This document shows, one piece after another, positions 1-10,586 of a DNA stretch of 64,000 nucleotides; position 1 is the first letter of the stretch, and each line of letters begins with the position of its first letter. Source of the DNA: Blasia pusilla (lineage: Eukaryota). The translations under genes were made by a program, and so were the position numbers. The stretch covers positions 11,346,001-11,410,000 of the forward strand of contig CM114271.1 of assembly GCA_050084515.1 (NCBI GenBank). The letters are read 5' to 3'. Below the pieces are notes generated by a model. The model did no database searches. It saw nothing but the letters and a program-made list of their open reading frames with translations, and had not been told where the DNA came from.

Positions 1-869
1 ACTTAAAGGGGGCACCTATGGACGATTACCATCAGTTTTCCCAAAGATATGCCCATGAGATTGAAGATTGACTCTACTATGATCCACATTATGTGTAATG
101 GACGAATCCGTTTCTCGATGTGGAGGAGGAGTCAGGAGAGGCTTCTTCCTCTTCCATGAGTGATGTTTTAGGAGGAGTAACTCACAAAGGAGCAGTTGCA
201 TCGTCCAGTCGGGTTTGTCCCAGGTTCAACCCCGTGGTTTAGTTCTTTGCAGAGTTGAGGACGAGCTACTAGGGGGTACAGATTGAGAAGTTGCAAAACA
301 TCCACGACTTCCAAAGACGCATGGGTGAGAGTTTGTATGGGGCCTACACTCGCTTGCGCCGGTTGATTAACATCACTCAGGGGGATGACAGAGTCCCAGA
401 CTATCTAGTCATAGTACGCAATGTTGGACCGACTCCTGCGGACACGGGTGCGGGAGGGGTGCTTCTTATGAACACCTCACCTATGTTAAGAGATGTTTTT
501 AGGACCGCCGAGAATATTGAGTGCAAGATGGCAAAGGAGAGTGTAGCCACCATGGGTTCTAGGCAAAAGCAATCACGATTACCTATACCACCAGTGCAAG
601 AACGTGGATTCTGAGATAAGTCTGTGGCACCACGAGCTCAGGAAGGATATAGGGAGGCGTGCCATAGAGAACTACGTCTTCATATGTGGCTCAGCAGCAG
701 TCGCCTATGATTATTTGTCGGGCATGTGGTGGGGGCACAGCTTGTTGCTATCGTTATATGTGGAGCCACCGTAGAGTTGAATCCATAGAGAGGGGAAGCC
801 AGGAAACAGACCAGGCTTCCTCAGTCTTTCACGTTGTCTGAGGCGATGAGGACCCCATCGATGGGTCCT
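1..869 (+). mobile_element. gag-region fragment of DNMT/PHD Gypsy copy 2 (5' part; continues at 13294 after the nested copy 1)
   Basis: Homologous to the reverse complement of about 7250-8595 (ORF 291-614 'NIHDFQRRMGESLYGAYTRLRRLI' matches the copy-1 gag). Ends in gtcct at 865-869, repeated at 13294-13298, where the homology resumes. Confidence 0.85.
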
Positions 870-1638
870 TTCGTGCGCATACACATCGCTACATAACATA
901 CATCGCTGTCATTGAACACACACACAAATACACACGATCCCATGCTAACTCATGGCATCCATACATAGAGGCGAGACGTACCAAAATATCTCCAATTAAA
1001 GTTAGATCCAATCTCTCTCTACACTATCTCATACCATAGCTCTCAAAGGTGTCCACTCTCTCTCATGTCAAACCAAACCCACTCTCCTAATGAGAGGCTT
1101 GGATTACACTCACAAGACAAGGGACCATAACTCCGTTGCCTTATGCCAAGAGGTTCAACAAAGAGAGAATAAGCTCTCAAGCTCCCTCTCTTGGAGGTAT
1201 ACCCCCTTCCCTCTCCCAAGCCCTCTCAACCGTAACCTATGCTCGCACGTTACCTCCTTGGCTCTTGACTTGCTATAGCGGATCAAGGGCCACTTCCAAA
1301 AGTGGAAAGTGAACTATTCCCAATATGGAAACTTACCCGAAATAGTAAGTTTCTCTATATGGCTCCAAATGAGCCGAAACGAAGGGGAAACCTGCTCTCT
1401 TAGGTTTCTCTGGGCCTCTGCAAGTCATTCTCAATCTCCTAGGCATGTCCTCCACTACTCGTGAAAATGCTCTGCTAGATCCCAACGATCTATCCTAATA
1501 GTCATGACAGCTATCGTGCGCATACACATCGCTACACAACATACATCGCTATCATCGAACACACAAGAAACAATTACACACCATCCTATGCTAACTCATG
1601 GCATCCATACACAGAGGCGAGAAGTACCAAAATATCCA
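870..1638 (-). repeat. 3' terminal repeat block of copy 1: A (1512-1638), 11-bp spacer, B (about 995-1500), A (870-994)
   Basis: An approximately 125-bp direct repeat 'tcgtgcgcatacacatcgctac...ccaaaatatc' occurs at 871 and 1514. A G-run (PPT-like on the minus strand) lies at 1643-1648. Confidence 0.85.
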
Positions 1639-1826
1639 AGCGCCCCCCTAATTGGTGGTTAGGTCCCTCTAACTCTAGATAACCATCTATCCCTACCTAC
1701 CACGATATACATCTCTAGGACGCTAAGAGCAGAAAGGCCGGATGCTCATGTGGCCCCATCGTTAGTCACCTTTCCGTCATCCATATCACAGAAAAAGTTA
1801 GAATCAAAACCTACCTAGTATCTCCT

Positions 1827-1975
1827 CTATGTACATCTGGGACACATCCATCGTCCCTGAGGAACCCTAGTGAGAGGTGGCGTCAGACATGCCATATGCC
1901 AACCTCTCGAACTTCCATCACAGACTAGCATCATGGCCGCACCATGGGAAAAACCATACAACATACAACGCAAGC
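1827..1975 (-). pseudogene. PHD finger at the integrase C-terminus (copy 1)
   Basis: RCMLY...MLVCDGSSRGWHMACLTPPLTRVPQGRWMCPRC, a C4-H-C3 pattern; the two Cys missing here are present in copy 2. Confidence 0.88.
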
Positions 1976-3250
1976 GTGCAGGAACTACTGCTAAGCTTGG
2001 ATCTACTGTACCATCAATGTTAGGAAGGTGACATGGCGCACAATTACGCACATGCTCCTTCCATACCATACCATCGCATCCCTCCACCAGGAGAATACCG
2101 GATGGCAAAACGATACGCACTCTCAAGATAGTGCGCCCTGCAATCATATCCAACGTCGTCGGTGCAGTCTACTGCAAGTAGACATAATCTCCCTGATGAA
2201 ACCTCCGGATAGTTAGTCGATAACCACCACCCCGAATAGTCGCATACCTCAACGTATCCTGATGCTGCGCAATCGCCAAGTTCTCGAACGCCATGGGCAT
2301 CACTCTCCAAAACAACTCAGCCCTCTGGGTACATGCTCGCATCCATACATCTAGGTCATCAAGGTCCAATACCTCACCAACATCTCAACGAATGGCCGCA
2401 CGTAAATCTGGCTCTCGGCCATAAAGTAGCAAGTACACTGAAAAAGATGCTAAAGATGCCTGCCTGTTGAATCTGTATCCCATCGCGAACCATGGCAAGT
2501 GGAGGTCCCAATCTCCTAGGTGACCTCTATGCAAGCCATACTTGCATAAACCCCTCTTCACCGTCTGCACAACTCTCTCCGCTAATCCATCCGCCTCGGG
2601 ATGATCTTGCGAAGTCGTGCGGTGGTCGCTCAGCGCATGATTATACAAGGCCTAGAACTCACGGCGAAACTCAGTTCCCTAGTCTATGAACACCTCAGCG
2701 GGTGTGCCATAATGACTCAACACTCTGTCAAGGAAGGCATAAGCTACTCCCTCACTCGCTTTGTCAGGAAATGCAACTAACTTGATCCACTTCGAGAAGT
2801 ACTCAACCATCACCAACACATAACGACTGTGACGCTCCGTCAAAGGCAAAGGTCCTGCAAAATCCAAACTCATCTATACCCTAAGCCCATGATCGATAAT
2901 GGATGCAACTATGGAGTCGGAGCATTGAACGATGCTCGGACCTAATCACACACCACGCACTTGGCAACAAACTGCTGACGTGAGTCTGCATGCCTCGCCA
3001 CCAATACTGAAATCTGGAGCAAGCTGTACGTCCGCTTCATCCAAAAGTGACCCAACTCCTCGTGGGCATGTTGCACTAGTCGTGCTCTCTGCAAAGGATG
3101 TGGCACTACGCGTACTCTACCATCCTCCCAAACCCTCAAAACATGTGTCCCCTCCCAACGGAACCATCTGGCCCGCTGTAGGATCTGATCCCACTCTCTA
3201 GCACCCACGGTGCTCGCAAGGCTGCCACTACAAACGTACTCCAAGACTAC
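1976..3250 (-). pseudogene. DDE integrase with HHCC zinc-binding region (copy 1)
   Basis: HAHEELGHF...CVVC; SLDFAGPLP..YVLVMVEYFSKW; HPEADGLAERVVQTVK. Confidence 0.92.
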
Positions 3251-3459
3251 TCCATCATCATGAATATCTCAGCCACCTGTCGTCTCCTCACTGGCCTCGG
3301 GATCCAAGGACTCTCCACTAGACCTCGCCATCGAAGTCTCCACACTCTGGCTCTCCATAGTCAACATTCCTAAATAGGCTGATGCATGCCATCCTGGCAC
3401 TGACTATTCATCCCTCTCTCCATGCCATCGAGCTCTACTCACATCTCGCTGACTCGGGC

Positions 3460-4900
3460 ATGGGTTACGACTCAACCCGTCTGCATCTTGGTTGAGTGTC
3501 CTAGGTCTATGTACCACGTGAAAATCATACTCCTACAACAATAGAGCCCATCTCGCAAGCTTCCTTGTAAGCTTGTCAGACTCCATCAACCACTTTAGTG
3601 GTTGATGATCACTGATGATGGTAAAGGGGTTGCCAAATAAGTAACACCTGAAATGCGAGAAAACCCACACCGAATCCAAGCACTCACCCTCATAGGATTT
3701 TTACTTTGCCTCTACAGCGTTGTTTGAGCGGCTAGCGTAAGCCACCACGAACTCTCTACCCTCCTCATCATGCTAGGTGAGCACCGCTCCAAGCCCCAAC
3801 ATGCTCCAATCTAGGTGCATCTGGAAAGGACGCCCCCTGATCGGTCTCCTCAAGATGGGCGTAGACGTCAACTTGTCCTTGACCAACTGAAATGCTCCCT
3901 CCTGCTCATCCCCCCAGTGCCACTTGTGATCCATCTTGGTCAGCAAGGTCAGCGGCTTCGCAATCGAATTGAATCCCTTGACGTACCGCGGATAGAAGTT
4001 CGCCAATCCCATGAATGCGCAAACACAGCTCACATCTGTAGGGCGTGGAATATGTGAGATAGCCTCTACCTTTGTCTGCTAAACACCAAGGACCCCTGGG
4101 TATATCGTATGACCCAAATACTCAATCTAGTCGTAGAAGAACTTGCACTTGCCTGGATGTAGCTTCAGCCCATGTAATTGCAATCGTCGAAACACCTCCT
4201 CTAGATGTTGCTGATGCTCCTCAACCGTGGCGCTAAAGACTACAATGTCATCAATATAACACCTGGCAAAATCCAGACCACCCAAGATCCTATCCACGAC
4301 CATCTGAAACTCATATGGGGCGTTCTTTAACCCAAATGGTAAGAACCGCCACTGGTACAAAAAATCCTTCCCGTGAGGATTGATGCCCCAAAATGCCGTC
4401 TTCTTCCTATCCTCCAATCTGATAAGCAGTTGATGGTATCCGGCTTGCAAATCCAATGAACTAAAGACCTTTGCATGACCAATCGTATCAAAGATATCCT
4501 CAAAGGTGGGCATGGCATACCTATCCGACTTCGTCTGCCGATTGATAGGTCGGTAATCCCCACACATCCACGTATCCGTCCAGTTGCCATGCACATCCTT
4601 CTTGGTGGGCATGACAGTGGCAAATGCATACTCCCCATGCGACATCTCCACTAGTCCTGCTCCGACCTAGTCCTGGCTCCTATTCTGAATTAGAGCCCTC
4701 TCCATATCACTGTACCTGTAGGGTCGTTGGAAGATCGGCGTATCACTCCACAACTCAGTGTGGATCCCTGGTCCCTTCAACGTACCCAAATCCTCCATGC
4801 TAAACGCAAAGCAGCTCCTATAACTCTTGAGGAACTGATGTATCCGGTGCCGCTCTCCTCTTGTCAACTTAGGGCCCATATCTGGCTCCCAAGTCTCCAT
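3460..4900 (-). pseudogene. Reverse transcriptase and RNase H (copy 1)
   Basis: MCGDYRPIN, FSSLDLQAGYHQ, LPFGLKNAP, YIDDIVVFS, LHPGKC; FMGLANFY; LDWSMLGLGAVL. Confidence 0.95.
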
Positions 4901-5239
4901 CGTGACTACGGTAGGACTCTCCGGCGCGGGTATCGGTGGTTGCTATGGTGCAACCCCGTCTCGAACAACTACACTCGTCCGCTCTCTTGCAGCCAATTGA
5001 AAACTCTGATCTCCTCCAAGTGCAGTGCCCGGAACCACGCTCGATGTTATGGCTATCATCTCCTGGCGTTCCTGCAAAACATCCCAAGAAGTCCAAGGGT
5101 GTCTCTCCCTATCTTCCATGGTGTGTAGATCTCCTCGGGTCTCGCCCCCAACCACTGCCTCCACCGTCTCGGTAGGCATGGGGCTCACCAATGCAACCGT
5201 TGTGATCTGTCGCGATCTCATACGGCGTTGCTCAGCCAC

Positions 5240-6200
5240 TCCCAAGCTGAGGATCCATGTCAAGCAGTTCAGGTCCATCGCGTGACCCAAGACATGGCAT
5301 CGTGATGCCTCTGACACTGCCGTCACCCCTGTGGGAAATCCCATCGCTCACTCTCTCTCGTCGGCGTTGGGCTCCACCAAACGCTGAACCTGGTCATCCC
5401 AAACCAAGCCAGGACCGGCCTCCTTGTATGCATAGGAAGCGGGAAAACTCACAAACGTGGGAAAGGCTGCCCGCAGCCTGCCTACCCTCTTGACCATAAT
5501 CAACGATGGTCGATCATGTGCCTCATTGCCTCTGATCGACGACCTGGATCCAGAATGGAATCCACTAACAAATGGGAGGGGCGCTCCACTCTCGCATACG
5601 CCCTCCGTAACACCGCACGGGGCACCAAGTTGGTCCACCATAGACGCGGCCAATGGGCTCTAGAACCTACACTTGCCACATCCAAGAACACTACTAGGCT
5701 GATCTAGGCACACACTTGATGAGCACTCGTCATCACCCGTGACCTGGAGTCTCCTAAGGTCGGCACATTCTCCAGAATGTAGGCTGGAGAACGAGACTGG
5801 TGCTCCTGCAACTGCCGTAAGACCCTCAACATCTCCCAAAACAACCTAGACCGAGTGTCAGCCAACCCGCTGCCTCGTCTAGCATTTGATTGGCCCTGAC
5901 ATGGCCAACCGGGAATGACCAAATCAATGGTCCCTACCCGCTCTAAGTCCTGCGCCCCCAACAACGAAATATCCCTCGGTAGGGAACTCAGGTATCCCTG
6001 TACCGCGGACGGAGACAATAAGTGGGGAAAACATAGGCGTAACCGCGCCACATGTCATGGTGAGACGCGCCTCGCAACATCATCACTCTCCACATACAGG
6101 TACTGATGTACTCGCACTCTTGCTTGCAAAACAACAGCTAACCCAAATGCTAATCCCTCCAAAGAGATCTAACACTCGAATACCCTCCTTTGGGGTACAC
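5240..6200 (-). pseudogene. DNMT3-like C5-cytosine DNA methyltransferase domain inside pol (copy 1)
   Basis: Motif I IRVLDLFGG (about 6181-6155), motif IV IDLVIPGWPCQG (catalytic PC), motif VI YILENV, motif VIII-like GSRAHWPRLWWTNL, motifs IX/X EPNADERE.AMGFPTGVT...RCHVLGHAMD, all in canonical order. Confidence 0.92.
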
Positions 6201-6484
6201 CATATAATGGGTGTGGTATCCAAGGGTGTCATCGTAGCACTCCCTGATACCTCGGGTTTCTCACACCCGTCACGCTCCGGTGCAAACGCCTTGCTCCACG
6301 CAGTCTGCCCGTGCTCATTTTCCAATCGTCGAAGCTCCTCAGTCGAGCCCCACAGCGGCACCTTTCCTCCACGGGATGATGTGGCTGCCATAACACTTCT
6401 CTCCATAGAAATGTCAAGAACGGATAATGAGCTAAGGCGCTCATCACTTGACTGCCATCATGGTCTGTAGGACGTTGACTTCTC

Positions 6485-6817
6485 CTAGTAATCCAGGGAA
6501 AACCCCATCAGGTATAATACTGCTCCACCAACCAAGATGCCGTAGGACTCTCCATCAGTTACTATCGCCTTGGCTCGCGCCATGGACTCATAAGTAGGAT
6601 GTCCCGGGTGAATCCTCACCACGACCTCCTGTTGGATGATATAATGTGTGGCACTCGCTCCACCCAAGGATGTCTGTATCTGGAATGGAGAATGCTCCAC
6701 ATCGGCTCTTGTCAAGCCCAATCCTCTAAATGACGCTTTCCCCAACATCAAGGGTTGCGCTCCTGAATCCAACAAGATGCGCTGTGGACTAGAAGCTCTA
6801 TCTTCGGGACTCACCAA
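6485..6817 (-). pseudogene. Retroviral-type aspartic protease (copy 1)
   Basis: ILLDSGAQ active-site motif and downstream ILVGG. Confidence 0.85.
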
Positions 6818-8970
6818 CTAGAAGACCTCTCGGTTATCCAGAAACACAACACCAGGAGAATCTCGACACATGCCTCTCCTGATCATCAACAATAGGAGTT
6901 GTCGCACTCGTTTCTTCCATCGCCCTCCATGCTTGCATACCAACAACATCACCAAGGGCAGGCCCATCACCTCCTCTACAATCACCTCTGAACGTGATGC
7001 AAGAACTCCAACTCCACGCTCACATAGCGTAGCGGCCAGCCGAAAAGCCTTGGTGAGCGTACCCCCCAACGTCATAACATCCGATGTAGAAAATAAAGGA
7101 GCGCGGTACACAATGGTGGCCGCCCCCAACAACATGCTCGACACATGCCTCTCCTGAGCATCAACAATAGGAGTCGTCGCACTCCTTTCTTCCATTGCCC
7201 TCCGTGCTTGCATACCAACAACATCACCAACTCCTGAGGAACTTCGATCAAGACCCATCGATGGGGTCCTCATCGCCTTGCACAACGTGAAAGACAAAGG
7301 AAGCCTAGTCTGTTTCCTGGCTTCCCCTCGTTGTGGATCCAACTCTACGGCTACTCCATGCGTCACAACTGCGGCTACCTCCATCAAGGCAACCCCGCAC
7401 ATCCAACCAGGATCCTCCATATCTTTGGTTGCTCCATATGATGTTGATGCTACGGATCCGGCATCAGGTAATCTCAATGCCATAGCGTGAATCTGCTCTT
7501 GTATCTGAGCAGCCATCCTAGCCTCACGCCCGACATCTCCCTCGACGCATCGAGGTGGTAGGACTCTACCTCCTCCATGGGCAGCTCCACCACCGTGTCG
7601 GGCAACTCCAGCTACTCATCCCCCAATGGGACCACCTGGTGCACAATCTCTAGGCCCACCCCGACCGGCTACTTGCTCTGGTGCCCTCTCTGGCCCTCGG
7701 TCCGGATGTAACTTAAGATGTAAATTGAAACACCTGGCGCATGTATGACCATACCTTTGACAATAGTCACACTGATAACCTCTTGGTGCAGCACCATCTC
7801 CTCCTCCATGCTGAGGCACACGTCCATGACCCTGACGAGTGCAATCGCATTGATGATGGGCTCCACCATATGACCAACAAGTAATAGTAGGTGGTTGTTA
7901 TTGAGCCGTATATGAAGGCGCAGGTCTCTGTGGCACGGCCTCCCGGTATCCTCCTTGAGCTTGTGGTGCCACAGTCAACCTATCTCGGAGTTCACGTTGC
8001 TACACAGGTGGTGTAGACAATCGCGACAGCTCTTGCCCAGAACCCATGGTGGCTACGCTCTCCTCCGCCATGTTGCGCTCAATGTTCTTGGCGGTCCTAA
8101 AAACATCTCTCAACGTAGGGGAGGTATTCATAAGAAGCACCCCCTCCTGCACCAATGTCCGCAAGGTCTAGTCCAGCATCGCGTACCAGTATTGGATAGC
8201 ATGAGCCTCTATCACCCCCTGAGTGACGTTGATCAACCGGCACAAGCGAGTATAAGCCTCACACAAACTCTTACCGGGCGCCTCTAGAAGTTGTGGATGC
8301 TCCGCAACTTCTCCGTCCATACCCCTTGGTAGCTTGCCCTCAACTCAGCACAGAACTCAACCACAAGGTTGAACCTGGGACAAACCCGACTAGACGGTGC
8401 AACTGCTCTCGTGTGAGTGACCCCTCCTAAAACGTCACTAGTGGAAGAGGAAGTAGCCTCTCCTCACTCCTCCTCATCTGGAAATGGCTCTATCCATGAC
8501 ACATAATGTGGGTCATAGTAGAGCTTCCACGCCTCGATCTCACGTGCATATCTCTGAGAGAACTCATGGTAATTTTCCATGGGCGCCCCCTCTAAATGCT
8601 GGAACATACCATTCCATGCTGTAAATGGGTTGAACTCACTAGAGTCCGTGGCCCGCTGGGAGTCGCACCAACTCCTAAAGTCTGGTATGAAATCGTGCAA
8701 CTCAATCGTACCTACTGCATCTAAAAACCTACGCGGTCCTCTACCCAAGTCGTCCATCTCGTACGCCCAACTCGTAGGACCACTCACAATGTGTGGCAGT
8801 GTGCTCACAAACTCCTCTACATCCTCCTCCTCATTTGACGATGACACAGAAGGAGGTCGAGGTGGTCCCTCATGTGGAGACCCTAAGAACCTCGCGCCAC
8901 TCCGCGTAAAACCTCTAGAACTGCTCTGGGGTTCACCACCTTGACTCTCAAAGTCCCGAACGGACTCCAT
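6818..8970 (-). pseudogene. gag with CCHC zinc knuckle (copy 1)
   Basis: ORF 8464-8970 (FQHLEGAP..Y) and CDYCQRYGHTCARC at about 7730-7772; lies upstream of the protease. Confidence 0.78.
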
Positions 8971-10586
8971 GATGACCCTCGTGCCCCTCTCACTCGATCA
9001 CTCTCAACCCCACGAGTAATCCCTCAATCACTCATCCCAAACATGCGGCATTCGATCTACACTCTCCCTCCCCGAGACATGTAATGTGCGGCAACAAACA
9101 GCATGGTGCGGCAAATCGACCAAGCTATCATCTCATCGACAACCTACCCTCAACTCCGGAACATCCCACACAGGTCTATGTCCTCTAAACCACATACATA
9201 AGTGATGCTCTCAGCATCCACACAACCCAATATCCCCAAATAAACTTCCAAAATCCCACAATCCCTCACGCGTGTAGGGTAAAGGACCAGAATGGGTAAC
9301 CTGAACACATGTCGATGTCGCTCCTTAGCAATTGCAAATCTCAACCCCAACTTGGTCGTGGAGACAACTCCACCAATCAGCAAGCCATACTCCTCCCGCA
9401 CTGATGCCACTCAAAACTCCTCGAAAGATAGTGCGGTTCCAACGGAACGGTGGGGCGTTGCAGGCGGCACGGAACGGCTACGAACGACACGACCCTTGAT
9501 GGTGGGATGCGGCACTCGACGGCATACCCTCCTCAATCAACAATAAACCCACACTCTGCTCCACAATGATGGAGCGGCTCTGCGATCGAGACGGTGCAGT
9601 GTAGCCACGAGCGGCATGACGCAGCAATCGGCGGCGCGTTGCGGCTACGGGCGTCACGACACGGTACTCAATCTTTGTCGAGCGGCTACCAATCATAACA
9701 TAATAGCATGAAATCGAAACTCAAACACCATAAACGGAGGTCATCTTCCATCATTGGTTGATGACGAAACTGCGATAACGGTGGCGGCCAAAACAAAGTA
9801 CGTGGTGGCGACGCAAGTCAGAGAATCAACGAACGTCATAGAAGACCCTCCACTCCATAATGGCGGCAATGGCAACCAAAGGGTGGACCATTGAAGGTGA
9901 CGGTTGATGGTGACTATGATGGCGACGGCCGCCGCCGGCGTGGCGCCTGGTTTAGGGTTTGAACAATTTAACCCTAAAAATTGCCTAGCAATGGCAATTT
10001 TGCAAGATTGACCATAACTTTTTGCTCGCAACTCCAAATTGCGCATGGTTTATTCTACAGTGTGCACAACTTCACAATCTACGATAATATCAAAAATTTT
10101 TAGAATCAAACATTCCAGTAAAAACTGACAGGGATTTTTGTAAAGCCCAATGTCTCTTTCTCCTACACAAAATTTGGCAAGGCTTCCACGCTGATTTCTC
10201 CCAACGAAAATGTAAACCTGTAAAAATACAAATCAGCAAGCTACATGGTGCTCCCAAGAGCACTGGCATGGGGCAACCCGCTCCCATACTCAATCCCTAT
10301 CAAAAATTGGGCAGCGCTTCCCTGCGCCACTCTTCCACACGAAAAATCAGCAAGTGCAAAGAACAATCAAAGCAACCCTTGCTCCGGTGAGCACTCCTAT
10401 GAGCCACTGAATGGGACACAGTCCTCAACCTGAAAAAACAGCGAGCTGCCAGCAAGCTCCCCCATGAAGCTCTCTGACTCTCTCATTCTCTTGTGCGCCC
10501 CTCATAAGTGGCTCCCGTGTATGTTAGATACTTTTGGGACTCTAGTTAGGTGAGTAGAAGGAGCTAGAACAACAATCTGCAATTTA

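Noticed and set aside
5240-6200. Host DNMT3/DRM gene or bacterial restriction-modification methylase (contamination)
   Set aside because: Intronless, embedded between PR and RT, repeated in three TE copies, and no neighbouring restriction enzyme.
6865-7225. About 85-bp direct repeat (6865-6950 versus 7140-7225) in copy 1
   Set aside because: Absent from copy 2, so it is a copy-specific rearrangement rather than a family feature.
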